The translations under genes and the position numbers were made by a program. A stretch of 64,000 nt of DNA from positions 136,689,008 to 136,753,007 of the forward strand of contig NC_068982.1 of NCBI RefSeq assembly GCF_001194135.2, read 5' to 3'. The notes under the pieces were generated by a model. The model made no database searches, had not been told where the DNA came from, and worked only from the letters and a program-made list of their open reading frames with translations. This stretch comes from Octopus bimaculoides (Eukaryota). Shown here piece by piece: positions 23,513 to 35,675 of this stretch (within the stretch, counting starts at the first letter, position 1; the number at the start of each line of letters is the position of its first letter).

Positions 23513-23725
23513 TGTGTCAGTGTTTGTCCCCCCGACATCGCTTGACAACCGATGCTGGTGTGTTTACGTCCCCATAACATAGCGGTTCGGTAAAAGAGAC
23601 CGATAGAATAAGTACTAGGTTTAAAATAAGTCCTGGGGTCGATTTGCTTGACTACAGGCGGTGCTCCAGCATGGCCACTGTCAAATGACTGAAACAAGTA
23701 AAAGAGTAAAAGAGTAAAGAGTAAT
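23286..23725 (+). mobile_element. SINE family A, full length, intact target site
   Basis: GGCGCAGGAGGGGCTGTGTGGTAAGTAGCTTGCTTACC ... (GTAAAAGA)n tail. Confidence 0.95.
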
Positions 23726-23731
23726 TATATA

Positions 23732-23950
23732 AGGCGGCAAGCTGGCAGAATCGTTAGCAGGCTGGGCGAAATGCTTAGCGGTATTTCGTCTGTCTTTACG
23801 TTCTGAGTTCAAATTCCACCGATGTCGACTTTGCCTTTCATCCTTTTGGGGTCGATAAATTAAGTACAAGTTGCGTACTGGGGTCGATCTAGTCGACTTT
23901 CCCTCTCCCCCAACATTTCGGGCCTTGTGCCTATAATAGAAACAATTATT
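23732..23950 (+). mobile_element. SINE family C, full length
   Basis: GGCGGCAAGCTGGCAGAATCG..GTCGACTTTGCCTTTCATCCTTTTGGGGTCGATAAATTAAGTAC..GGGCCTTGTGCCTATA. Confidence 0.9.
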
Positions 23951-24839
23951 ATAAAGTCATATATAATAAGTCAAACCGATTTAGGATATCTGGAAAATAT
24001 TCAATACGTATGTTTCAGATCAGTGTAGTGTATGACAACAAATGTACGAACCTTACAACTTATACGACGGCATGCCAGAACTAAGTAGCGTGTCCTGACT
24101 CTACTTAGGTTGTTACGCTAACAAGGATTCGGCATGGTTTGCTATATTTGTCTCGAGTCATCGCTTCCAAGTGTAACACAAAATTATGTGTGTGTGTGTG
24201 CGCGTGTACGTTTACACAAATATCACTAATATAACCTCGGTCGCGCCATGGTTACTAAATAAGACGTTTGTCTATACTGTGGTGCAATCTGACCGAACGT
24301 GATACGCCCGGGATCACCTGCGTCTAAAGATATACACACACACTCATCATTGTCTTTTGCCCCACCAACGGTTCACAACCTGTGTTGATGTGTTCACGTC
24401 CTCGATATTATGCAAATAGAGGAATTTATCTGTAAAAATATGTGACACTTATTCAGTAACCGTGATAAAACTCCGAGTTTTTTTTTTATATTTTTATATT
24501 TTTATATTTTTTAAATATTTTTTTATATTTTTCACATAATTATAGGGTTAAAGTTTTCGTATTTTTCCACACATATTTTTCTGTTTTCTCCCCACCAACC
24601 TTTTTTCCTGTACGCTTATAGACACGTATAAGGAACTTTATTTATATGTGTGTGCTTGTGAGTTTGCGTGTGGATGCGTGCATATGTAGATATATGCGTG
24701 CGTATATAGAGATATGTGCGTGCGTATATGGATATATGTGTGCATGCGATAATATACGCAGTTTTAGACGCGTTTTGACCTTGTCACTACACAGTAATTT
24801 CCCTTTGTTTTTAACGGTCATTTTTCCTAGGAATTTTCA

Positions 24840-25160
24840 ATTGGCCGGATAACTGAAGAGATGTTGGCGTGGGCTCCCACCCTGGCATCCGAAACTCGGA
24901 GTTTTATCACGGCTACTGAATAAGTAGCAGAATGGGGCAAGAACACAAAACATCCAGACAGACGATACAAAGAAACACGGACAAGCCATTCGGAGTTTTC
25001 TTTCTTCAGTCGAGATCCAGATTACCCTTGCAATTTCGGCTGGTTTTTCTCGATATTGCTCCAATCTGGCCAGCCCGAAGGAAAACCTAAGCTAAGAGCA
25101 TTAGATTCCTTGAAAGAAAGCAGCGAATGTATACAAAAACAAGGACGGAAAAAACGAGCA
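24840..25160 (+). mobile_element. Penelope-like repeat carrying a hammerhead ribozyme
   Basis: GC-richer block beginning with a complete hammerhead fold; the PLE assignment is inferred from the motif. Confidence 0.5.
24844..24913 (+). ncRNA. Type I hammerhead ribozyme motif
   Basis: GCCG-GATAA CTGAAGA GATG..CATC(C) GAAAC-T-CGG-A-GT-T TTATC-A-CGGC; predicted cleavage after 24903. Confidence 0.75.
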
Positions 25161-25351
25161 ATGATACACAAATACAGTAGGAATAATAACGGGACATAAC
25201 GGCAGATGTCTTTCGACTGGTCAAATAAAATTAAGCTGGCATAGATAAATATGCAAACTATTAACGAAGTGCTTAAGTACAGAAATTATTTGAGGATGGT
25301 GCATAGGCTAAATTGTTAAAGCGTCAGACAAAATACCTTTTATATCTTGAT

Positions 25352-25527
25352 TTTCTTTTTACTTGTTTCAGGTACTAGCACTCTCCCCCGTACTTATTTT
25401 TTAAAGCCTCGTACTTCTGCTATCGGTCGCTTTTGCCGAACTTCACGATTACGAAGACATAAACACAGCGACACCAGTTATTATGCGGTTGTAGCGGGCA
25501 AACACAGACACAAACACACATACACAC

Positions 25528-25528
<1 letters not shown>
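25352..25528 (-). mobile_element. SINE family A, decayed 3' part
   Basis: TTTTACTTGTTTCAG tail and CTATCGGTCGCTTTTGCCGAAC body. Confidence 0.65.
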
Positions 25529-25619
<91 letters not shown>

Positions 25620-26374
25620 NNNNNNNNNNNNNNNNNNNNNNNNNNNNNNNNNNNNNNNNNNNNNNNNNNNNNNNNNNNNNNNNNNNNNNNNNNNNNNNNN
25701 NNNNNNNNNNNNNNNNNNNNNNNNNNNNNNNNNNNNNNNNNNNNNNNNNNNNNNNNNNNNNNNNNNNNNNNNNNNNNNNNNNNNNNNNNNNNNNNNNNNN
25801 NNNNNNNNNNNNNNNNNNNNNNNNNNNNNNNNNNNNNNNNNNNNNNNNNNNNNNNNNNNNNNNNNNNNNNNNNNNNNNNNNNNNNNNNNNNNNNNNNNNN
25901 NNNNNNNNNNNNNNNNNNNNNNNNNNNNNNNNNNNNNNNNNNNNNNNNNNNNNNNNNNNNNNNNNNNNNNNNNNNNNNNNNNNNNNNNNNNNNNNNNNNN
26001 NNNNNNNNNNNNNNNNNNNNNNNNNNNNNNNNNNNNNNNNNNNNNNNNNNNNNNNNNNNNNNNNNNNNNNNNNNNNNNNNNNNNNNNNNNNNNNNNNNNN
26101 NNNNNNNNNNNNNNNNNNNNNNNNNNNNNNNNNNNNNNNNNNNNNNNNNNNNNNNNNNNNNNNNNNNNNNNNNNNNNNNNNNNNNNNNNNNNNNNNNNNN
26201 NNNNNNNNNNNNNNNNNNNNNNNNNNNNNNNNNNNNNNNNNNNNNNNNNNNNNNNNNNNNNNNNNNNNNNNNNNNNNNNNNNNNNNNNNNNNNNNNNNNN
26301 NNNNNNNNNNNNNNNNNNNNNNNNNNNNNNNNNNNNNNTATATATATACACACACATAAATAAATGCATTTGTA

Positions 26375-26610
26375 TGTATGTATGTATTTGTGTGTCTGCG
26401 CTTGATCCCCACCATCGCTTGACAACCGATGTTGGTCAGTTTACGTCGCTGTAACTTAGCGGTTTGGTAAAAGACCCGATTGAATAAGTACTAGGCCTAT
26501 AAAAGAATGAGTCCCGGGGTCTTTTTGTTCGACTAAAGGCGGTGCTCCAGCATGGCCACAATCACGCAATCAAATTGCTGAAATAGCTAAAAGAATAAAA
26601 GAAAGATATA
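26375..26610 (+). mobile_element. SINE family A, 3' half after gap
   Basis: CCATCGCTTGACAACCGATG..CGACTAAAGGCGGTGCTCCAGCATGGCCAC. Confidence 0.85.
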
Positions 26611-26614
26611 ACCT

Positions 26615-27420
26615 GAGGAAAAAAGTTCCCACCACAAGAAAAAGAAGGACGGAACACAAAGACAAGCATAAAGAAGGAAAGGAAGGAAAAGGAAAAGGCA
26701 AAACTGAAACAACCAAAACTGAAACCTCAATCCACCAAGCAAAAACCAGAAAACCCCAAGGAGGATCCAATGCCATCCAAACGCCTACAGGAAAGAAAAA
26801 ATTTGGAAGGCACTCAAGAACCTGCAAATTTTACCTGCAACGCAAATGTCGGTATGGGGAAAACGGCAAAAATTGCCGGTATGCCCACCCGACACCCCGC
26901 CAAATCTACAAAGGCCTTAAAGAGAAAAGGTTCCCTGAGGAAAGACAACAAATGTCTGCAAGTAAAAAATTTACCAAAGAAGTGTGCTCTTCGGAGATTA
27001 TGCGAAACGCAGCAGCTGAGCAAGAGTCTTTTTTGTACATGGCGCAAAACATTGTGCAGCAGCTGACCTGGCTACACCAAGCACAAACAGGGAACCTTGC
27101 CCACGACTGCGCAAGATCACCACAATCGACAGACATGGGATAGCCTCCCCTAACGCCTGCACAGTCATTACGCCAATATTTTTACTAAATATTGGGGGCC
27201 TGTTGCATTATAATAAAAGCAAAATTTCTTTCCTGAAATACCTTGCGGCATTCAATCAAGCCCTATGCATAGCACTCGTGAAAACTCACCTCAGCCCTGA
27301 TACAGAGGATGCAGAAGTACATGTACCAAAATATGTCATACTGCGAACAGACAGAAGTAAATGAGCCATGGTGGAGTTGCTGTATACATCCGTGACGACC
27401 TCACACCCCAGGTCTTACTG
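26615..27420 (+). mobile_element. CR1-like LINE 5' portion: ORF1 with CCCH zinc finger and start of the ORF2 AP endonuclease
   Basis: CKFYLQRKCRYGENGKNCRYAH from 26823; then LLNIGGL..KISFLK..CIALVKTHLSP..EVHVPKYVILRTDRS..HGGVAVYIRDDL; frameshifted. Confidence 0.8.
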
Positions 27421-29098
27421 CGGTGCCATAAAATAGAAAGAGGAATGAATCATGGGGGATTTGAGTAAAGGCGAAGGGAACCAAACCAGCTCCAAGAATC
27501 AGAAACAAACCGCTGTAATAATGTCAGAAAAGGTAGAAAGATAAGACTGACTGTAGGTCAGACTTGAGAAGTTGTAGTGAAGCACTTTATGTCACTCACA
27601 CCACTGAGTTTATCTTGGATCAGCAAATTGAAATACCATTCTAATTATATAATATTATTGAGGTCGAAGCCATACGGATTTCTTTTATCCTTACAGTTAT
27701 ATAATCTCCCAGTTAAATTATATATAACCTAGTTTTATTTGATGAGAGTTCTTCATCCATTAAACATTGAAATTTCAACTGAAAATTCAAACAGTAGAAA
27801 GATTATTTGAGGAATATCAAAATTAAAAATATATAGAGCAAGACATTTATTTACTTTGAGGCGAACTGCTCACAGTAAATGTTAAATTGACATAAGTTGA
27901 ATATTGGAATTTAATTTCGCTTCTTGACTGAAACGAGTTCTGTCATTTGCATAGATAATAGTCTTAAGAAAAATCTGATAACCAAATATCTTAATTTCTA
28001 TTTTTCTGTATCCGACATATCAGGTATGTGCCACAAATCAATATTGTTGTCTCACCCACATTTTCTCTAAGAGATAAGCGGAAAAACAGAAGAAAAGTAC
28101 TTTTAAAATAACGAGTTCCAATGATTGAATTTTATCTTTCAGAGAATATTTTGAAATTCCTACTCACTTGCTGTTATTTCGAATCTTTTTTTCATTCTCT
28201 AAAACTTAATGCATAGCAACCATGAATAATTCTAATCAATGTCAAAACACATTTAGTGGTGTAAAAGAAAACGGAACCTGTCATTTCTTTTTCTGTCTAA
28301 TTCTTCCAGCTCTAAAACTGAAATTTCCTGAAACCTGCTACAAATCTTTCTTGCATTCATTGCGTAACGTGTGATCAGATTTCTAAAATTTGAACTGGCT
28401 TTTATTTTATGCAATTGAGAAAGATATTGTTATTTAGATTGGACTCATTCTACGTGATACAAAAGATTACTGTTTTAACCATAAAAATAATTTGACACGT
28501 TGTGTTTTACGAGTTAACAAAGGATTACTCAGGAGTTTTTACAACGGCCTTTTATTGTATTTCACAAAGTAATTATTTCTATTTTTATTTCTGTATTATT
28601 TCATTATCAAATCAATACTACCAGAGAAAATAGATTACATAATAATAGAAACAGATGCTGAATTAATAACCAGATTCTTGATCTGCTAAAAGAAAGAAAA
28701 TTTATTTTTAAGATTCCCAACCGAGATTTGTTTTGTTCTTTGCGTTTTGCTAGTTATTGATTCGGATACACTTATTGTTAAGAATTTTTCCAAGCAAACT
28801 TTAGAGGTTCTTAAATGATTTTAATTAAAATTCATAACTATTTACTTTGAATCTCGATCATATGTGTTTTACTGTATAATTAGATTTAATCTTAACTGGA
28901 CTTAGGACATTGGCATAATGTGTGTGTGCATAAGTATACATACATACATACTTACATAAATACTTGTGTGTTTGTGTGTGTGTATAAAAAATACGTATAC
29001 TGGCATATGATTGTTGGATATAGTTAAGTAAATTCGTTTAAGGCTGCGTGCTTTATTGATATCTGCCTAGATTTTTCATCTCTGTTTTTTTTTCTTAT

Positions 29099-29129
<31 letters not shown>

Positions 29130-29301
29130 TTGTGTGTGTATCACCCGACGAGATACATCTGCACCACCGGATGCTCCTGAACCAGTTGTTGAGTGTCACA
29201 CCTATGAGGGATCGTTGCTACATATGTCAAAACAATTGCCGTGATTAATAATAGACTCTCGTATATTCTATCTTCCATTTTTTATTTGCCATCTCTCTCT
29301 C

Positions 29302-29332
<31 letters not shown>

Positions 29333-29348
29333 ACATATATATATATAT

Positions 29349-29381
<33 letters not shown>

Positions 29382-29386
29382 CTATT

Positions 29387-29808
29387 TCTTGTTTGTTTCA
29401 GTCATTAGACTAACTTAAGTGCCGCCTTAAGTTTTTAGTCGGACGGATCAACACCAGTGCTTACTTTTTAAGCCTGATACCTATTCTATCAGTCTGCTTT
29501 ACCGAACCGCTAAGTTACGTGAACGAAAACATACCAACACTAGTTGTCAAGTGGTGATAAGGTGGGGACAAACACTGACAAAGACACACATAGATATATA
29601 TATATATATATACGTACATAAATACATACATATATATGTATATATATACGAGGGGATTCTTTCAGGTTCCGTCTACCAAATGCACACCAACGGCTTTGGT
29701 CGGCCCAAGGCTATAGTGGAAGACACTTGCCCAAGATTCCACCCAGTGGGACTGAACCCGGAACCATGTGGTTGGGAAGCAAGCTTCTTATCACAAAGCG
29801 ACTCCTGT
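29387..29808 (-). mobile_element. SINE family A, full length, decayed
   Basis: Head GGAGTCGCTTTGTGATAAGAAGCTTGCTTCCC, body and tail recognisable. Confidence 0.85.
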
Positions 29809-30384
29809 ATATAATGTATATATATATATAGATATATATATTTGAAGAAAAGCAACAAAAATTCAATAGGTTATAGCAGTACGTACGTTTCGTACAAACT
29901 TCATTTATTCATGTAGTGAGAACACTACATAAAATGCGCAATGAAAATGTACTCCTCAGCTGCATAATGGAATTTAATTTTAGAAAGTCATTTTGTTGAT
30001 GTGTGCAAAAACAAGAGCAAGAGAAGCAAAAATACCATCTTGACTGGGCTGTCATTCAACAGTCTAGATAGGGAGAGAGAGTAAGAGAGAGAGAGAGAAA
30101 AGGAAGAGAGATGTTATCGAGCATTGAACTAAGTACAATTGCCCCATGCGAGAATTGTCCTACGCGCACGGCAAAGCCTACTTTTTTTGCCGAGGGCTTA
30201 TATGCCCCCTTATTAGACTATTTTCGTTAGTCGTTTGCACGGTGGTCGCTATAAGCGTTAAGCTTATAAAAATACCATTATTATTATTGACAGAATTGTA
30301 AAACTCGACACAGCATATAAAGTCTGTTTACAATAACAACAACGAACTAATATAGTTCTTAAATTTGAGCGAAAGGAGCAGGCT

Positions 30385-30460
30385 GGATCGCTGGGGTAAT
30401 CGGTAACGCACCTAGTCGCGTTAACAATGGGAAGTGAATTCGTGTCCCACGCGTAAAGGA
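30385..30460 (+). tRNA. Degenerate tRNA-Asn(GTT)-like pseudogene
   Basis: TGGGGTAATCGGTAACGC..GCGTTAAC..GAATTCGTGTCCCAC aligns by eye to eukaryotic tRNA-Asn (TGGCGCAATCGGTTAGCGCG..CTGTTAAC..GGTTCGAGCCCAC); T-rich run downstream; stems poorly paired. Confidence 0.35.
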
Positions 30461-30580
30461 ATGGCTCATTTCTTTTTCTGTCAAGGATTTATATGCCTCA
30501 TTAGTAAATTATTTTCCTTAGTCATTTGCACGGTAATCGCTTCAAGCTTATTAAGAATACCATTATTATTATTTACAGAA

Positions 30581-30626
<46 letters not shown>

Positions 30627-31307
30627 TTCGTATGTTTTAGTATATATACATATGATTATGACAGGGAAGAAAACGGACGAGCGAAGTAATACAACGCAGA
30701 CGGTTTGTATAGGGGTGAATAAATTATTTTTAAACCGTTTTAAAGATTTTGGAAATAGTTATCGACCTCACCGTTTTTAGTTATTTATAGACTGAATTAT
30801 AGAAATACATTTTTCAATAATCTAGATTCCGTGCATATACCTTTCTTAATAACCAGAAGAAAACTGAATTTGTACTTTAGATACAACGGATTTAAAGTTT
30901 ACCACTATGGCATATTGAAATCTCTTTGTATTTTCTGGCGACATTCATGTAAAGCAGGAAGCTGACGTCCATAACAAAGCATGCCTTTATTTTATGGTTG
31001 TAGATAACAATACTTGTGTGGTTGTGATATAGATACATAAATATGGCTTCGTTCTTTTTAAATCTCTGATATCTTCCTGGAAGAAGATACTGGTTTCTAA
31101 TACGGAAACAAAACGCCATTGTTGGAATTTATACAAAAGCAACAATAAGGAGCTGTATGATGAATTTAAGAAAACTTTTAACAATTTCTTCCTTTCCTTT
31201 TTACAGATCGAATTTTCAGAAAACGTGACGCATGGTCTCTTTATTTTCCTGTAGAACGTTGATTTTCTTCCATATTATTTGTTACAACTTATGTAAAATT
31301 ATTTACA

Positions 31308-31480
31308 GACATGGCTCTGTGGTTACGTAATTTGCTTCGCAGTTGTGATTTTGATGTTTGGGTTCAGTCCTGCTTCGCGGCACTGTAAGCATATATCTTT
31401 AAATAAAACCCCGAGCTGACCAATGTTTTTCAATGAATTTCGTAGACGGAAAGCGTGAAGATGTGTGTGTATGTGTGAAT
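31308..31480 (+). mobile_element. SINE family A, old 5' half
   Basis: ATGGCTCTGTGGTTACGTAATTTGCTT..GGGTTCAGTCC..GTAGACGGAAA. Confidence 0.6.
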
Positions 31481-31804
31481 GGAAACATAACACAACGAAA
31501 CCTATAATAATGTTGACCTGCAACTTTGCAGCATCACTTGCACTGCCATTTGGTAGACTTGATAAAGATAGGCTTTAGCATAGAAATCTGCAGTAGATTT
31601 ATCGTGAACAAAGGCTAAACTAAGTCTTAAAACACACCAATATGAAGAACACTAAGAGATATATTTTAGGAAAGAAAAATAATCAGTATAAACGCTTGAT
31701 GTAGCTCTGTCAGTGCTAGTCTTTCTGTATGCCTTCAAAGAGACTTCCTGTTTTCGTGTAATTCATTAATTGGTATTATGATACACGCGCGCACACACAT
31801 ACAA

Positions 31805-31838
<34 letters not shown>

Positions 31839-31857
31839 ACAAACACATATATATGCA

Positions 31858-32010
31858 TGGCTGGTTAGAGTATCGAGTTAACAATCATGAGGACAGTAAA
31901 ATAGGTTCCCGAACCGGGCTATGTGTTGTGTTCTTGGGCAAGACACTTTATTTCTCGTTGCTCCGGTTCACTCAGCGGTAGAAATGAGTTGCGACTTCAC
32001 TGGAGCCAGG
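31858..32010 (+). mobile_element. SINE family D (CORE-like centre)
   Basis: GTTGTGTTCTTGGGCAAGACACTTTATTTCTCGTTGCTCCGGTTCACTCAGC. Confidence 0.65.
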
Positions 32011-32094
32011 CTGTATTGGTAATTAGCAGAACTATATACACGTTCGCCTCGAGGAGTGAACAACTGGTATAAGATTCTGAGAATTCTAACTATC

Positions 32095-32171
32095 TTGCAA
32101 TTCACGCTGAAGAGGGGCAGATTTTCTCGGTAAGAGATTTTTAACTCCGAAACCTGGTCCGTGAATAACAA
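32095..32171 (+). ncRNA. Type I hammerhead ribozyme motif with canonical GUC site, in a Penelope-like repeat (about 32030-32270)
   Basis: ATTCACG CTGAAGA GGGG..CTCC GAAAC-C-T-G-GT-C CGTGAAT; 7-bp perfect stem I; predicted cleavage after 32159. Confidence 0.8.
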
Positions 32172-33278
32172 TGTTTTAATTTTATGTATGTAATTTTCAA
32201 TGTCTTGCTCGCTTACGGTTTGGTATTTCGCTGAATTTCTTTTGAGAACTACTAAGTCTTAGTAGACACAACATGTGGTCTNNNNNNNNNNNNNNNNNNN
32301 NNNNNNNNNNNNNNNNNNNNNNNNNNNNNNNNNNNNNNNNNNNNNNNNNNNNNNNNNNNNNNNNNNNNNNNNNNNNNNNNNNNNNNNNNNNNNNNNNNNN
32401 NNNNNNNNNNNNNNNNNNNNNNNNNNNNNNNNNNNNNNNNNNNNNNNNNNNNNNNNNNNNNNNNNNNNNNNNNNNNNNNNNNNNNNNNNNNNNNNNNNNN
32501 NNNNNNNNNNNNNNNNNNNNNNNNNNNNNNNNNNNNNNNNNNNNNNNNNNNNNNNNNNNNNNNNNNNNNNNNNNNNNNNNNNNNNNNNNNNNNNNNNNNN
32601 NNNNNNNNNNNNNNNNNNNNNNNNNNNNNNNNNNNNNNNNNNNNNNNNNNNNNNNNNNNNNNNNNNNNNNNNNNNNNNNNNNNNNNNNNNNNNNNNNNNN
32701 NNNNNNNNNNNNNNNNNNNNNNNNNNNNNNNNNNNNNNNNNNNNNNNNNNNNNNNNNNNNNNNNNNNNNNNNNNNNNNNNNNNNNNNNNNNNNNNNNNNN
32801 NNNNNNNNNNNNNNNNNNNNNNNNNNNNNNNNNNNNNNNNNNNNNNNNNNNNNNNNNNNNNNNNNNNNNNNNNNNNNNNNNNNNNNNNNNNNNNNNNNNN
32901 NNNNNNNNNNNNNNNNNNNNNNNNNNNNNNNNNNNTATATATATATTTACATATATATAATATGCATGTATATTAACGAGGTGAAGTAGAATCCTTTGAA
33001 ACGATAGTAGAGATGGGCTTGAATGAACTCTGTTCTGGTTTCCTTACACTTTATTTTTTATGTATATACTCTTGTATTTTCATATATTTTTATTTTGTCT
33101 GTGTGACTCTGTGTGTGTCTGTGTGTCTGTCTGTGTGTATAATTTTGAAATATAGTGTATTATGTGATTTTATTTGATGCCGTGTTTCTAATCCGGACAA
33201 GTGTCTCTAAACATACGTTTGTGTGACAATGGATGTATCATACCACATAACACTGTTATTGTTTTATAAGGCCGTTAA

Positions 33279-33460
33279 TGCGCCGAGCTGGCAGAATCGT
33301 TATCACGTTGGGCAAAATGTTGAGCACCGTTTCGTGCATCTTTACTGTTTATCCTTCAGCGGTCAATCAAACAGTACTATTTAAGCATAAGGGTCGATGT
33401 AATTGACTTACTCACTACCCCAAAATTGTTGATCTTGTGTCAAAATTTGAAATCAATATC
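33279..33460 (+). mobile_element. SINE family C, decayed
   Basis: GCGCCGAGCTGGCAGAATCGTTATCACG..GGGTCGATGTAATTGACT..CTTGTGTCAAAATTTGAAATC. Confidence 0.7.
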
Positions 33461-34036
33461 ATTATATGGAGCAGACAAAACATCACAGAAACGGACGCTC
33501 ATATATAGATATGATTATGCTTTATATCGGTAAGGTCATTGCAAGTTTATACTTAGTCTGCGACCCTAGTTCTTCAAAGCTGTAACCAAGATGATCTTGC
33601 CAATCACTTAGTCACCTTTTCTTTGCATATGCTGTTATAAGAATTATTTCACAGTTTATAAAATTGTCTAATTGCAATTTATGTTAACTAGTAACTCCAT
33701 TATGGTCATTTTCATGTAAATTATACACTCTATGCATGGAGTACGAAGGCGACAATTATTCGGTGTTTACCACATCTCTTTGCTTTCACCATTATTCAAA
33801 TGAAGTGAATGGACATTGAAAGAAATTTGACAGGTGTTAACTCTCATGTGGTTCATAAGAAGCTTTATAAAGTTTCCTTTAACAAGTCAAATAGCATTCA
33901 ATTAAACCTTGAAGAATGTGAGTTGCATATGTGAATTTAGTGTATGTAAATTTGTAGGTGTCATAGTATTTACATATATATAAATAAATAGATGAATAAA
34001 TATACATACATAATACATACATACACACACGCAGAC

Positions 34037-34098
<62 letters not shown>

Positions 34099-34690
34099 NN
34101 NNNNNNNNNNNNNNNNNNNNNNNNNNNNNNNNNNNNNNNNNNNNNNATATATATATATATATATATAAGTATATTTGTATGTAAAGAATACTGAGTGTGT
34201 TTCAGTGGGAGTGTTTGTGACGTTATTTGTTAATTAGTACATCGATTTGCCTTGCTAATATAAGCCTGGTTATACATTTTGTACACATTAAATGTAAATA
34301 TGGACATAGCATATATAGAAAAGAAAGAGAATTAAGAGAGAAGTGGCGATTCCCAGACGAGGGAGATTTCATTTATTTACTTCTGTTTATAGTTCTCTTA
34401 ACTAATTGACTTTATCAATAAAGTCGAAGCGTTATTGATAAATTTAATTAAAGTTATATACAAACAAACTTATTGAATCTCTAAAAACTTTGGTATAAAT
34501 TATTAATCCATGTTGGTTATATAAGAACGAATTCATAACTTGAATTCTTATTGCACATTCGCTTCAATTTATACCATTGAACAAGTTAAATCACCGTTTT
34601 TTGGGGGTGTTTTTTTCAACAAACAAAAATATCCTTTTGATTAGTAACACTTCTGTTTGAGATAAATTAAAATGTATTTCTTTCTAAAGG

Positions 34691-35028
34691 TCAGAATAAA
34701 CGTTCAAAATCTGATAAGAAATTTTCTTCTTTTACATCAAGAATATTTTCAAAACTTGTTTCTAGGCATTGCGATAGTGGTAGAGGTGGTTTTAGTGGTG
34801 GCATGCCAAGATAATTCTTTCTATCAGTAAAGTCCGTAGCTGGAGGGCTCTTGGATCTTTGTAGAAAGCAATAAATTTTCAAATTTAACTGAGATTGGTA
34901 CTGATTACATTCCACTAACAAAAACAATTTTTTTTAGTCTTGTTTTATTCGGAACACTTACTTCTTTTCTGTCTGATATGATAAGGTATCGCAGGCCTTT
35001 GTTTGGGCAACGGGAAATGTAGATGCAT
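34691..35028 (-). CDS. Candidate two-exon 3' end (35028-34962 and 34856-34691), unknown product
   Basis: Donor GAA|gtaagt at 34962, acceptor ttgctttctacaaag| at 34856, matching phase 2. The joined frame reads DASTFPVAQTKACDTLSYQTEKKSKSPPATDFTDRKNYLGMPPLKPPLPLSQCLETSFENILDVKEENFLSDFERLF*. Confidence 0.35.
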
Positions 35029-35457
35029 CTTAAATGCTGGAAGCAACTTTCGATTGTTCGTTCTCTTTTGTTCGAGTAGTTTTCTCAAGAGGAAAATCAA
35101 AATGTTGAATATCTACAGCAGTAATAGTTTATAAACATTTAGGGAGATTGCTATAAAAACGAAACTGTGCTATATAAGGTTTCTTCTGAAATTCATCAAC
35201 ATTTCTAGAAGCCACCGAAGTAGAATGGAAGATTCAGTAAGTTCGTTTAATGATATTTAATGCAATGTTATAGTGTTCAATAAACGATGTATATACTGTA
35301 TCTGAATTAAACTGAGACACTTTTATTAATTTTATCATGTGTATTAATACCTGTATTAATTATTACTCTGTTATCAATAGACATTTCTTATAATTATATT
35401 AAGCTCCTAGAGTCCTACAAATTCTTCAGTTGAATGTTACCTTTGCTTTGGTAGTCT

Positions 35458-35675
35458 TTTCTACTACAGGCACATGGCCTGCCTGAAATTTTGTTGGGGT
35501 GGGGAATAGTCGATTACAACGATCCCTATGCATAACTGGTACATATTTTATCGACTACGAAAAGATGAAAGACAAAGTTGGCCTCGGTTCAAATTGAACT
35601 CAGATCGTAAAGCCGGATGAAACGCCACCAATCATGTTACCCGGCATGCTGACTGTTCTGCCAGCTCAACGCCTT
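35458..35675 (-). mobile_element. SINE family C
   Basis: Reverse complement of GAGCTGGCAGAACAGTCAGCATGCCGGG..TCTGAGTTCAATTTG..GGCCAACTTTGTCTTTCATC. Confidence 0.8.

Noticed and set aside
35030-35131. A-to-I editing rescue of the in-frame TAA codons
   Set aside because: UAA needs both adenosines edited to become Trp, and nothing in the DNA supports this; an alternative acceptor or pseudogenisation is simpler.
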